Source of the DNA: Gaiellaceae bacterium
GTDB taxonomy: Bacteria > Actinomycetota > Thermoleophilia > Gaiellales > Gaiellaceae
DNA: 64,000 nt
Direction of reading: 5' to 3'
Assembly (NCBI GenBank): GCA_035279325.1
Contig: DATEHY010000050.1
Coordinates: forward strand, 11,363-75,362
Shown: in pieces, positions 24,896-34,427 of the stretch
Layout: the number at the start of each line of letters is the position of its first letter
Position numbering within the stretch: the first letter of the stretch is position 1
Made by a program: the position numbers and the translations under genes
Notes under the pieces: model-generated
The model's database searches: none
Told to the model about the DNA's origin: nothing
The model's input: only the letters and a program-made list of their open reading frames with translations

Positions 24896-26086
24896 TCAGT
24901 CGACGACGATGCCCGAAGGTGTTGCTCCCGCGGGACCGGCCGCCCGAGTCAGAGGCGTGAGCGTGCCGCCGTCGACGGTGAAGCCCGTGACCGCGTTCGT
25001 GCCCGACTCGACGACCCAGAGCGTCGAGCCGTCGGGTGAGAGACGCGCGTCCTCGGCGCCGGCGCCGATCTGGCCGGGGCCGGTGCTCCGGAGGAAGGTG
25101 AGCGAACCTCCGCTTCCGATCGAGTAGCTCGAGATCGACGCCGAGGCGGTGTTGACGACGAAGAGGAAGCGTCCGTCGCGGCTGATCTCGATCCAACAGG
25201 AGGCGCCGCCGTCGTTCGCGACCGGGGGGCCGACCGCCGTGAGCGCGCCGTCGGTGGCGTCCGCGAAGCTCGAGGCGAGGCCCGGGAAGGCGGCCCCTCC
25301 GGCGGCCGTGTGCGCATCGGAGACGAAGAGCTGGTTCGGGTCGATCGGATCGAACTCGCTGCCGAGTTGACCGAAGCCCTGGGCCGGCGTAAAGGCCTGG
25401 GCGTCGTACGGCGACCCCGGTGCGGCGGTCAGCCGCCCATCGCCGCCGACGGTGAAGCTGTCGATCTGCGAGGTGGCGACGCGCGTGCCCGCAGCCCGCG
25501 ATCCGTCCTCGTTGAAGAGGATCTGTCCCGGCTGGGAGCCGTTCGGCAGCACATAGGTCGAGTTCGGGATCGCCCTCAGATGCCCGCCGGGATCGAGGCG
25601 GAAGCCCGTGTAGTTCGTGTCGCCGGGGGCCGCGCCGGGACCCGCGTTCGCGACGTACACGAGATCGCCGTGGACGGCGATGCCGACCGGGTCGACGCCG
25701 CCGGAGGCGACCGGGGACCCTTGGGCGGCCTGCAGCGAGCCGTCGGCCTTGATCCGCAGGACGGAAATCTGGTTGCTGCCGGCGTCGACGGCCAAGAGGT
25801 AGCGGCCGTCCGCGCTCAGCTGGAGCGAGCCCTGCGACGCGTCCGGATGTCCGGCGCCCGAGCCACCGATCGCGAAGGGGGACCCTGCCATCGCCGTGAG
25901 GCTGCCGTCGCTGTGACGATCGAAGCCGGCCACGGTGTTGCCGGGAGCCGTGTTGTCGTCGACGTACACGTGGCCGACCACGGCGGCTGCCCGAGGCCCG
26001 CCGGTCGACGCGCCGGCCGCGCTCGTCACAGTGACGGCGACTGCCGAGGCGACGACGAGCAGAGCAATGAACCGAAGTCTCTTCAC
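24896..26086 (-). CDS. Secreted lactonase-family 7-bladed beta-propeller protein
   Basis: GTG at 26086 with a GGGAGG Shine-Dalgarno. Signal peptide VKRLRFIALLVVASAVAVTVTSAAGA. Repeated blades (LSADGRYLLAVDAGSNQISV, ISRDGRFLFVVNTASASISSY, LSPDGSTLWVVESGTNAV). The upstream 840 codons of track ORF 24896..28606 are antisense to the ABC genes. Confidence 0.65.
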   Translation of the reverse strand: MKRLRFIALLVVASAVAVTVTSAAGASTGGPRAAAVVGHVYVDDNTAPGNTVAGFDRHSDGSLTAMAGSPFAIGGSGAGHPDASQGSLQLSADGRYLLAVDAGSNQISVLRIKADGSLQAAQGSPVASGGVDPVGIAVHGDLVYVANAGPGAAPGDTNYTGFRLDPGGHLRAIPNSTYVLPNGSQPGQILFNEDGSRAAGTRVATSQIDSFTVGGDGRLTAAPGSPYDAQAFTPAQGFGQLGSEFDPIDPNQLFVSDAHTAAGGAAFPGLASSFADATDGALTAVGPPVANDGGASCWIEISRDGRFLFVVNTASASISSYSIGSGGSLTFLRSTGPGQIGAGAEDARLSPDGSTLWVVESGTNAVTGFTVDGGTLTPLTRAAGPAGATPSGIVVD

Positions 26087-26269
26087 GCTTGAACCTCCCA
26101 GGGAGTCGCGCAGAGCCGTTCTCCGCGCACGCCTCCGACCGTTGCAGCCGTCTCTCTCGCAGGACTTACGGGCAGGTGAACGCCCGCTTAAATACGACGG
26201 AGTGCTCGATCCCGGTTGCCACCAGCCGGTTTCGACGCCACACTTCAGCCTGTGACCGACGGGCTCGAC

Positions 26270-26812
26270 ATGCGCGGCCGCTACGAGCAGGCGCTCGCTG
26301 AGGTCGAGGAGATGAAGCGAAGGCTGCGCGAGCACGCGCAGCACGTCGCCGCGCGCGAGAAGGAGCTCGAGGCGCTGCGCCTCGAAGTCGCCGGCCGGCA
26401 GGGACGGCGGCGGGCTCCTGCGTCTGCGGCTCCGGCCGCTCCGGTCGGCCCCGACCGCTCCGAGGAACTCGCCCGCAAGATCGCCGAAGCCGAGCAGCGG
26501 GAGCGGGAGGCCGTGCAGGAGCTGGCGCTCGCCAAGGCCGAGCGCGACCGGCTCGACGAGCGGGAGCAGTCGATCCGGAAGGTGGAGCGAGAGCTCGCCG
26601 GGCTGCGCATGCAGCTCCAGGAGGAGCGCAAGCGGCTCGGCGGCGCGCCCAGCGAGCCGGAGCCCGTCCGGGAGGCCGAGCCCGATGGCGATCCCCCGCC
26701 TCCCACTCCGTTGCCGCAGCCGCCCGTCCAGCCGGATCTCGACCCCGCCGCAACCGCGAAGCGCCGGCGCAGCAGCATGCTCGCCGACCCGCAGCTCAGG
26801 AAACGCAGCTAA
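26270..26812 (+). CDS. Coiled-coil protein with a Pro-rich tail (hypothetical)
   Basis: MRGRYEQALAEVEEMKRRLREHAQHVAAREKELEALRLE...AKAERDRLDEREQSIRKVERELAGLRMQLQEERKRL. It has high GC3. An alternative TTG start lies at 26216. Confidence 0.45.
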   Translation: MRGRYEQALAEVEEMKRRLREHAQHVAAREKELEALRLEVAGRQGRRRAPASAAPAAPVGPDRSEELARKIAEAEQREREAVQELALAKAERDRLDEREQSIRKVERELAGLRMQLQEERKRLGGAPSEPEPVREAEPDGDPPPPTPLPQPPVQPDLDPAATAKRRRSSMLADPQLRKRS

Positions 26813-26893
26813 AGCGGCGCCGACGGCGCTGGTATCGTCGAGGGCCTGCTCGCGTGCCATGGCCGGGGAGCCTGGTGCGCCGGGCGTTTCGCC

Positions 26894-28681
26894 ATGTCCA
26901 CGTATGTGAACCCCGTCGACCCATCCGACCTCGGCCTGCTGCCGACCTTCCGACGCCTGCTCGGGCTCTGGCGCGAGCAGTGGCGGCTGGGGATCTTCGG
27001 GCTGACGTGCTCGCTCGTCTACACGCTGATCTCGGTCACGATTCCCATCCTGATCCAGCGCGCGATCGACAACTCGATCGACACGAGTCACCTGCGCCCG
27101 GGACAGCACCCCCAACCGCTCTGGCCGTACCTCGCGATCGTCGCCGCGCTCGCACTCGCCCGCGGCATCGTCGCCTTCAACCGGCGGTTCGCCACCGCTC
27201 GGATCGGCGTCCGGATCGAGGCCCGGATGCGCGAGCTCCTCTACCGGGCCTATCTTCGCTACCCGCGCGCGTTCTACGACCGGCACGCGACCGGACAGGT
27301 CCTCTCGCGCGCGACGAACGACCTCTACCCGATCCGCTACTTCATCGGGTGGGGGCTCGTGCAGGGGATGCAGAGCGTGATGATGATCATCGCCGTCGGC
27401 ATCGTCCTCGCCCTCGTCGACCCGTGGCTGACGCTGTACGCGGCCGTGGCCCTGCCGCCGATCGGGCTGCTCGCCTACCGCTTCGGACATCGCGTCTCGC
27501 CCATCTCCCGCCAGGTCCAGGCGCGCAAGGGAGACGTGACCGAGGCGGCCGACGAGGCAGTCGTCGGAATCGAGATGGTGCAGGCGTTCGGCCGCGAGGA
27601 CGACGTGCGCAATCGCTTCGGCGACAGGGCCGAGGGCGTCCGCTCCGCCGCTCTCCGCCAGGCCGGCGTCGAGGCGCAGCACGTGCCCGGCCTCTACTAC
27701 CTGCCCGCCCTCTCGGTCGCCGCGGTCGTCTTCTTTGGCGGCAGGGCGGTGATCGACGGGAACATCACGATCGGCCAGTTCGTGCTCTTCGAGACGCTGC
27801 TGCTCCAGCTCGTCTGGCCGCTCGAGGCGATCGGCTGGATCCTCGACCTCGCGCAGCGGGCGCTCGCCTCCGCGGGACGCAGCTTCGGCTGGCTCGACGG
27901 GATCGAGCCCCTGCCCGAGCCCAAGACTCCGCGCCACCTCCCGTCCGGCCCGCTCGGCGTCCGTTTCGAGAACGTGAGCTTCGCGTACGGCGGCGAGGTG
28001 GACGTGCTGTGCGGGCTCGATCTCGTCGTCGAGCCCGGCGAGATCGTGGCCGTCTGCGGCTCGACCGGTTCCGGCAAGACCTCGCTCCTCAACCTGCTGC
28101 CCCGCTTCTACGACCCGACCGGCGGCCAGGTCCGGATCGGAGGAGTCGACACGCGCGAGATCCCGATCGCCGAGCTCCGAGCCGACGTCGCCCTCGTCAC
28201 GCAGCGGCCCGTGCTCTTCTCGGTCCCCCTGCGCGAGAACCTCACCGCGGGCCGCGAGGAGGCCGACTGGGACGAGGTGCTCGCAGCTTGCGAGGCGGCC
28301 GGCGTCGACGCCTTCGCGCCGAACCTCCCCGAGGGCTACGACACATTGATCGGCGAGCGCGGCGTCAACCTCTCCGGCGGACAGCGGCAGCGAGTCGCGC
28401 TCGCGCGTGCGCTCGTCGCCGGCGCGCGCGTCGTCGTCCTCGACGATCCGCTGTCCGCGGTGGACACGCTCACCGAGCGGCGCCTCGTCAAGCGTCTGCG
28501 GCCCGCGCTCGCCGGCCGCACCGTGCTCGTCGCGACACAGCGCCTCTCCACCGTCGAGATCGCCGACCGGGCGGTCGTCCTGCGCGACGGACGGATCGTC
28601 GAGCACGGGACGCCCGCCGACCTGCTGCGGGCGGGCGGCGAGTTCGCGACGCTGTTCGGAGACGAGGTGGTGGCGGCGTGA
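26894..28681 (+). CDS. ABC exporter, fused permease and ATPase (half-transporter 1)
   Basis: Six TM segments, Walker A GSTGSGKTS, signature LSGGQRQR, and Walker B VVVLDDPLS. Confidence 0.92.
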   Translation: MSTYVNPVDPSDLGLLPTFRRLLGLWREQWRLGIFGLTCSLVYTLISVTIPILIQRAIDNSIDTSHLRPGQHPQPLWPYLAIVAALALARGIVAFNRRFATARIGVRIEARMRELLYRAYLRYPRAFYDRHATGQVLSRATNDLYPIRYFIGWGLVQGMQSVMMIIAVGIVLALVDPWLTLYAAVALPPIGLLAYRFGHRVSPISRQVQARKGDVTEAADEAVVGIEMVQAFGREDDVRNRFGDRAEGVRSAALRQAGVEAQHVPGLYYLPALSVAAVVFFGGRAVIDGNITIGQFVLFETLLLQLVWPLEAIGWILDLAQRALASAGRSFGWLDGIEPLPEPKTPRHLPSGPLGVRFENVSFAYGGEVDVLCGLDLVVEPGEIVAVCGSTGSGKTSLLNLLPRFYDPTGGQVRIGGVDTREIPIAELRADVALVTQRPVLFSVPLRENLTAGREEADWDEVLAACEAAGVDAFAPNLPEGYDTLIGERGVNLSGGQRQRVALARALVAGARVVVLDDPLSAVDTLTERRLVKRLRPALAGRTVLVATQRLSTVEIADRAVVLRDGRIVEHGTPADLLRAGGEFATLFGDEVVAA

Positions 28682-30444
28682 GGCGCCTCTGGAAGTACAT
28701 GGAGGGGCGCAAGCGGTTCGCGGCGTTGATGGTTCTCGTCGGCGCGGGCAACGCGGCGGCGCAGACCGGAGGGTGGCTGATCGTCCGGTACGCGATCGAC
28801 CACGGAATCGCCGTCTACAAGGGAACCGGGACGCAGAAGGTGCTCGTCGGGAACGAGCGCCAGCTGACGATCGCGGTCGGCGTCTACCTCGGGGTCGCCG
28901 CAGCGGGCTGGCTCCTGCAGGCGCGCCTGATCCGCGGTCTCGCGACCATCGGGCAGGCCGTCGTGATCGGCCTGCGCCGCGACCTCTTCGACCATCTCAC
29001 CGGCCTCTCGCTCCGCTACTTCTCCCAGCAGAAGGCGGGCTGGATCATCGCGCGCCTGACGAGCGACGTCGACGCGGTCTCGGACGTGCTCTCGCAGGGC
29101 ATGCCGACCCTGATCTCGAACGTGATCCTCCTGCCGGCCGCCGTCGCCGCCCTGCTCATCGACGACTGGCGGTTGGGGCTCATCTCGTTCGGCGTCCTGC
29201 CGCCGGCCCTCGTCCTCTCGCGCTGGTTCCAGCGCGTCTCGCACGCGGCGAACGTCGAGCAGCGCAACCGGATCGCGGCGGTGACGGCCCAGATCGCCGA
29301 GTCGGTCGCCGGGATGGCGGTCGTGCAGGCCTTCAACCGCGAGCGCCGCTTCCAGACCGAGTTCGACGCGCTGAACGACGCCAATCGCGCCCAGGCGACG
29401 TACGTCCAGAAGATCTTCTCGACCTTCTTCCCGTCCATCGAGTTCCTCGGCGTGCTCGCGATGGGAGCGGTCGTCTACTTCGGCTCGCACCTGTACCGGC
29501 AGGACACGCTCACTATCGGGACGCTGATCACGGCGATCTACCTCCTGCAGCTCGTCTTCCAGCCGTTGCAGGAGCTTTCGGACGTGTACGGGCAGCTTCA
29601 GTCGGCCAGCGCGGCGATGGTCAAGATCGCGAGCATCCTCGACGAGGAGTCGGAGATCCACGACCGCCCCGGCGCGACGCCGCTGCCGCGCCTCGAAGGC
29701 GACCTCGAGCTCGACTCGCTCGTCTTCGCCTACGGCAAGGACCCCGTGCTGCACGGGGTCTCGTTCCACATCGAGCCGGGCGGATGCTTCGCGCTCGTCG
29801 GCGAGTCGGGTCACGGGAAGTCGACCCTCGCACGGCTGATCGGCCGCCACTACGACCCCGACACAGGGGCCGTTCGCGTCGACGGGCACGACCTGCGAGA
29901 CGTCCAGCTTCGGTCGTACCGGCGCCAGCTCGGTGTCGTGCTCCAGGATCCGTTCCTCTTCAGCGGCACGATCGCGACGAACATCCGCTTCGCGAAGCCC
30001 GACGCGACCGACGAGGAGGTCGCTGCCGCAGCGGCCGCGGTCGGGGTGGACCGGGTGGCCGCGCGACTCTCGGGCGGCCTCGATCACGAGGTGCGCGAGG
30101 GCGGCGCGGGACTGTCGGCGGGCGAGCGTCAGCTCATCTCGATCGCGCGGGCACTGCTCGCCGATCCGCGCATCCTCGTACTCGACGAGGCGACCTCGAA
30201 CATCGACCGTCCGACCGAGGTGCTCATCGAGCGTGCGCTCGACCGGCTGCTGCACGGCCGCACCTCGATCATCATCGCCCACCGGCTGTCGACCGTCCGG
30301 CGCGCCGACGAGATCCTCGTCGTCGAGAACGGCCAGGTCATCCAGCGCGGCACCGAGCAGGAGCTGCTGAGGGCCGATGGCCCGTTCCGCCGCCTCGCCC
30401 ACACGCTCGAAGGCGGGGAGCCGGACCTCGCGGTCGCGGGCTAG
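28678..30444 (+). CDS. ABC exporter, fused permease and ATPase (half-transporter 2)
   Basis: The GTG start forms a GTGA overlap with the upstream stop. Walker A GESGHGKST, signature LSAGERQL, and Walker B ILVLDEATS. Confidence 0.92.
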   Translation: MRRLWKYMEGRKRFAALMVLVGAGNAAAQTGGWLIVRYAIDHGIAVYKGTGTQKVLVGNERQLTIAVGVYLGVAAAGWLLQARLIRGLATIGQAVVIGLRRDLFDHLTGLSLRYFSQQKAGWIIARLTSDVDAVSDVLSQGMPTLISNVILLPAAVAALLIDDWRLGLISFGVLPPALVLSRWFQRVSHAANVEQRNRIAAVTAQIAESVAGMAVVQAFNRERRFQTEFDALNDANRAQATYVQKIFSTFFPSIEFLGVLAMGAVVYFGSHLYRQDTLTIGTLITAIYLLQLVFQPLQELSDVYGQLQSASAAMVKIASILDEESEIHDRPGATPLPRLEGDLELDSLVFAYGKDPVLHGVSFHIEPGGCFALVGESGHGKSTLARLIGRHYDPDTGAVRVDGHDLRDVQLRSYRRQLGVVLQDPFLFSGTIATNIRFAKPDATDEEVAAAAAAVGVDRVAARLSGGLDHEVREGGAGLSAGERQLISIARALLADPRILVLDEATSNIDRPTEVLIERALDRLLHGRTSIIIAHRLSTVRRADEILVVENGQVIQRGTEQELLRADGPFRRLAHTLEGGEPDLAVAG

Positions 30445-33107
30445 TCGGCGTCCATCGGCTGCTCGACGTGCTGCTCGAGCACGCGGAGCGCGACCTCGAC
30501 GACGTTCGGATCGAACTGGGTGCCGGCGGCCTCGGTGAGCCGGCGCACGGCTTCGCGATGGCTGAGCGCCCGGCGGTAGGGCCGGTCGGTGGTCATCGCG
30601 TGATACGCGTCGCAGACGAAGATGATCCGCGACTCGAGCGGGATGTCCTCGCCCGCGACGCCGTCCGGGTAGCCGCGACCGTCCCACCGCTCGTGGCAGT
30701 GACGGACGATCGGCCGCACGACCTGGAGCCGGTCGATCGGCGCGATGATGCGCTCGCCGAGCTCAGGATGCGTCTCGACGAGCTTGCGCTCCGCCGCGGT
30801 CAGCCGTCCGGGCTTCGAGAGCACGTCGCTCGGGATGCCGATCTTGCCGATGTCGTGCAGCAGCGCGCCGAGCTCGAGGCACTTCAACGCGCGCTCGTCG
30901 AGGCCCATCTCGCGGCCGACGCGGAGAGAGAGGTCGGTGATCCAGCGTGCGTGCGTGGACGTGTACTCGTCGTTCGCCTCGAGCGCGTTGGCGAGCGCCT
31001 CGACCGTCGAGACGAACGTCCGCTCGAGCCCTTCGTAGCTCGAGGCGTTCGCGATCGCGAGCTTTGCCTGCTGCGCGAGGCCTCCGAGCAGCGCGAGCTC
31101 GCGCTCCCCGAAGTCGTCCGACTCGACGAGCGCGACGAGGCACGCGGCGCGGCCGTCGATGTCGAACGGCGCCACCGCGTACCGGCCGCCGGGGACGGGC
31201 GCCTCCCGGCCGATGCGGGGCTCGTACTCCTCCGGCTCGGCGATGTACGGATCCCTGGTCACGTCCAGGGCGGCGAGCGGCAAGGGCCGCGCGGCCAGCT
31301 CGGCGGCGGTCTCGGGTGAGTGCCCGTGCTCGGCCTCGAGACGAAGCCCGTCGCCTGCCCCGAGGTAGAAGGAGGTGTTGCGGCTGCCGAGGATCTCCGC
31401 GGAGAGCTCCGTCACCCTGCGCGCGATGTCGTCGATCTCGACGAGGGTCGCCAGCTCACGGCCGAACTCCAGCAGCGACGTCGCGCTCTCGGCCTCGCGC
31501 CGCGCCGCCTCGTACAGGCTCGCGTTCTCGACGGCGACCGCGGCATGGCCCGCGAGCACCTCGAGCAGACGCACGTCGTCCTCGTCGAACTGATCGAGCC
31601 CGAGCTTCGAGACGACGATCACGCCGACGACGCGCGAGCCGTACCGGAGCGGGACGGCCAGGAGCGACTCCTCGATCGCGTCGGTCCCCTCGATCTGCTG
31701 TCCGAACTCGCAGTTCGCCGCGTCGCCGACGACGATCGACTCGCCGAGCTCCGCGCAGCGGCCCGTGACTCCCTCGCCGACCCGCTTCCGCAGGATGTCG
31801 AGCGAGAGCGAGTCCATGCCCGACGTGAGGTCGCCGAGGAATGCGACGGGGATGAGCTCGTCGCTGTCGACGACGAAGACGCGGCAGTTGTGGTAGTCGA
31901 CGAGCGACCGGAGCTCGGCCGCGATCGCGTCGCCGATCTCCCGGACGTCGTTGAGGCGATTCAGCCGCCCGGTCAGGCTCTGCAACATCTTGAGATGCGC
32001 GATCGAGCGGACGTCGCGCTCCACTCCCGGCGCATCCGGCCGCCGCGTCCCCTCCTCCTGGTAGAGGACGACCTGGTTCTTGCCCTGCGCCTTCGCCGTC
32101 ATCATCGCCGCCTCGGCGCACGCGGCGAGCTCGCGCGGGTTCATCGCGTGCTCGGGGCCGAGAGCGAGACCCACCGAGACGGTCATCCGGCCGATTCCGG
32201 GGAAGTCGACCTCGGCGAGGCGGGTCTGAACGCGGTCGGCCACGCGCACGGCGTCCTCGCCGCCGCAGCCGTCCATCACGACCGCGAACTCCTCGCCGCC
32301 GAGCCTGCAGATGACGTCCTCCGGCCGGACGATCGCGCGCAGAGCCTCGGCGAGGAAGCGAAGCAGCTCGTCGCCGACGGCGTGGCCGTGGACGTCGTTG
32401 ACATGCTTGAAGTCGTCGATGTCGAGCATGAGCACGGCGAGAGGCATGTGCGTGCGGCTCGACTCCTGGAGCGACTGCAGGAGGCGCTCGTAGAAGACGC
32501 TGTGGTTGAAGAGGCCGGTGAGCGAGTCGGTGCGCGCCTGGTGCTCGAGGCGGGCCCGGCTCTCGGCGTTGTCCAGCGCGAGCGCGGCCGCGTCGCCGAA
32601 GCGCTTCGCGATCTCGAAGTCCATCTCCGCAAAGGCGACCCCCTCGCCTTCGCGGTAGATGTTGAGCGCTCCCTTGAGCTGGCCGCGCGCGATGAGCGGG
32701 ATGCAGATGAGGGCCTCGGGCTCGTTCGGCGTGCCGGGCACAGTCTGCACGCGCGGGTCGAGGTGGGCCTCGTTGCAGAGGACGGCTTCGCGATGCCGTG
32801 TCGCCCAGCCGGTGATCCCCTCGGCGAAGCTGATCGTCGTGCTCATGATCTCGTCGGCGTAGACGTCGCGGACGAGCACCGGCTTCAGGATCCGCTTCGT
32901 CTCGTCGGCCTCGTAGATCGTGAGCGTGTCGAGCGGGATGAGATCGCCGACGGCGTCCGCGATGCGCACGAGGAGGGCGTCGAGGCTCTGCTCGGCGAGC
33001 ACCTCGTGGAAGACGTCCGCGAGGCGCCGGTACGACTCGACGAGGGTCGGATCGCCGGCCGCGGCATCGGCGTCCAGCAGCCGAAGATGATTCGGCCGGG
33101 CTACCAC
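30441..33107 (-). CDS. Multidomain c-di-GMP protein: GAF-GGDEF-GAF-GAF-HD-GYP
   Basis: The GGDEF domain carries RLGGEEFAV. The HD-GYP domain carries LLHDIGKIGIP and HCHERWDGRGYPDG. It is 888 aa and starts with GTG. Confidence 0.88.
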   Translation of the reverse strand: MVARPNHLRLLDADAAAGDPTLVESYRRLADVFHEVLAEQSLDALLVRIADAVGDLIPLDTLTIYEADETKRILKPVLVRDVYADEIMSTTISFAEGITGWATRHREAVLCNEAHLDPRVQTVPGTPNEPEALICIPLIARGQLKGALNIYREGEGVAFAEMDFEIAKRFGDAAALALDNAESRARLEHQARTDSLTGLFNHSVFYERLLQSLQESSRTHMPLAVLMLDIDDFKHVNDVHGHAVGDELLRFLAEALRAIVRPEDVICRLGGEEFAVVMDGCGGEDAVRVADRVQTRLAEVDFPGIGRMTVSVGLALGPEHAMNPRELAACAEAAMMTAKAQGKNQVVLYQEEGTRRPDAPGVERDVRSIAHLKMLQSLTGRLNRLNDVREIGDAIAAELRSLVDYHNCRVFVVDSDELIPVAFLGDLTSGMDSLSLDILRKRVGEGVTGRCAELGESIVVGDAANCEFGQQIEGTDAIEESLLAVPLRYGSRVVGVIVVSKLGLDQFDEDDVRLLEVLAGHAAVAVENASLYEAARREAESATSLLEFGRELATLVEIDDIARRVTELSAEILGSRNTSFYLGAGDGLRLEAEHGHSPETAAELAARPLPLAALDVTRDPYIAEPEEYEPRIGREAPVPGGRYAVAPFDIDGRAACLVALVESDDFGERELALLGGLAQQAKLAIANASSYEGLERTFVSTVEALANALEANDEYTSTHARWITDLSLRVGREMGLDERALKCLELGALLHDIGKIGIPSDVLSKPGRLTAAERKLVETHPELGERIIAPIDRLQVVRPIVRHCHERWDGRGYPDGVAGEDIPLESRIIFVCDAYHAMTTDRPYRRALSHREAVRRLTEAAGTQFDPNVVEVALRVLEQHVEQPMDAD

Positions 33108-33173
33108 CGATCCCCCGATCGATCGCAGTTCAGATACACGGTTGTGTGCTCCTGGGAGAGGACCGCAGCGCTA

Positions 33174-33252
33174 CGGACGAAGCATCGGTGCGGGATCCCC
33201 GCGACGAATCCCTCGTGCGGGGGAACCCACACCATCCCGATGCTTCGGTCCG
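33174..33252. other. 79-nt near-perfect hairpin (long imperfect palindrome) in the divergent intergenic region
   Basis: The outer stem pairs CGGACGAAGCATCGG with CCGATGCTTCGGTCCG (15 bp, one bulge). The middle stem pairs GGTGCGGG with CCCACACC. The inner stem pairs CCCCGCGACGA with TCGTGCGGGG around the loop ATCCC. All pairings were made by hand. Confidence 0.6.
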
Positions 33253-33275
33253 GAGCGGACGGGAAGGCTCAGCCG

Positions 33276-33893
33276 ATGCCGGATTCCGCCGCCGAGCTCG
33301 TTCCAGCGCGGCCGACTCTCCCGAAGCTCCGGGCGGCCGCGGCGGACTGCCGCGCCTGCCCGCTCTGGGAGCAGGCGACGCAGACGGTGTTCGGCGCCGG
33401 CCGCCGCAGCTCGGCGGCGATGTTCGTCGGCGAGCAGCCCGGCGATCGGGAGGATCGAGAAGGCGCGCCGTTCGTCGGCCCGGCGGGTCGTGTGCTCGAC
33501 GAGGCGCTCGAGCTGGCCGGCATCGACCGGAGCGCCGCCTACGTGACGAACGCGGTCAAGCACTTCAAATGGGAGGAGCGCGGCAAGCGGCGCATCCACG
33601 CGAAGCCGAGCTGGAGCGAGCTGACGGCGTGTCGCCCGTGGCTCGAAGCGGAGCTCGCCGTCGTCCGCCCGGCCGTGCTCGTCTGCCTGGGCGCCACGGC
33701 GGCGCAGTCGCTGCTCGGCCGTGACTTCCGGGTCACGAAGCAGCGAGGCGAGTGGATCGAATCCGACCTCGCCGAGCGAGTCACGGCAACGATCCACCCG
33801 AGCGCAATCCTGCGCCAGAGAGACGAGGAATCACGCCGCACTGAGATGGAACGGTTCGTCCAGGACCTGAAGCTGGTCGCAACCGCGCTGTGA
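33276..33893 (+). CDS. udgX: UdgX-type family-4 uracil-DNA glycosylase (KRRIH covalent-crosslinking subtype)
   Basis: The 205-aa ORF has Fe-S Cys residues (CRACPLW...ACRPW...VCLG), motif A GEQPG, the UdgX-specific insertion GKRRIH and motif B HPSAIL. It is collinear by eye with M. smegmatis UdgX. A GGGAAGG Shine-Dalgarno lies upstream. Confidence 0.8.
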   Translation: MPDSAAELVPARPTLPKLRAAAADCRACPLWEQATQTVFGAGRRSSAAMFVGEQPGDREDREGAPFVGPAGRVLDEALELAGIDRSAAYVTNAVKHFKWEERGKRRIHAKPSWSELTACRPWLEAELAVVRPAVLVCLGATAAQSLLGRDFRVTKQRGEWIESDLAERVTATIHPSAILRQRDEESRRTEMERFVQDLKLVATAL

Positions 33894-33904
33894 CACAGAC
33901 CGGA

Positions 33905-33934
33905 GGCTAAGCCCCGGCGCAGCCGGGCTTAGCC
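33905..33934. terminator. Bidirectional GC hairpin between convergent genes
   Basis: GGCTAAGCCCCGGC-gca-GCCGGGCTTAGCC forms a 13-bp stem with one bulged C. It lies between the udgX stop (33893) and the acidic-protein stop (33990). Confidence 0.55.
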
Positions 33935-33989
33935 GCAGCCCCCGCTCCCGGGCGCGCGCGCCGCCAGGCGCCCGCCCCGGCGGGCTACG

Positions 33990-34427
33990 TCAGTCGCCCC
34001 AGTCGAAGTCGCGTGCTCCGCCGTTGCCCCAGAACGCGGACTCTTCGATCGCGGGGACGGCTGCCTCGCGCGTCTCGGCAGTGACTTCCTCGAGCGGCTC
34101 TTCGCCCGGCCAGACGCCGACGTGCTCGAGGCTCTCGTCGCTGAAATCCGGATCGACGCCGTCCATCGTGTCCTCGATTCGCGCCTGTTCCTCGCTCTTG
34201 AAGAGGGGATGATTCTCGAACGGATCGCCGTCGCCCTTGTAGTGGTCGATTGGCATGGTGTCTCCGAGTCGAGCGTTCTGCTTCTTCAGGTCGAGGTGCT
34301 CCTGGATCACCTGCGCGAAAATAGACGGTGTCTCTACCGGCATAAAGCTGTCCTCCCGTTGGTCGTGCTCGTCGTCCGGGCGCATGATAACCGGGATCGC
34401 CGCGGTTTTCCGCTTCGAGAGTGTCAA
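33990..34427 (-). CDS. Acidic hypothetical protein (up to 145 aa)
   Basis: The frame has a coding-like codon pattern. Its TTG start overlaps the diguanylate cyclase stop (TTGA). Alternative ATG starts are M15 and M29. I recognise no family. Confidence 0.5.
   Translation of the reverse strand: MTLSKRKTAAIPVIMRPDDEHDQREDSFMPVETPSIFAQVIQEHLDLKKQNARLGDTMPIDHYKGDGDPFENHPLFKSEEQARIEDTMDGVDPDFSDESLEHVGVWPGEEPLEEVTAETREAAVPAIEESAFWGNGGARDFDWGD

Noticed and set aside
26087-28606. N-terminal 840 codons of the 1236-aa minus-strand ORF 24896..28606
   Set aside because: This part is antisense to the ABC transporter and coiled-coil genes. The real gene starts at the GTG at 26086, which has a GGGAGG Shine-Dalgarno and a signal peptide.
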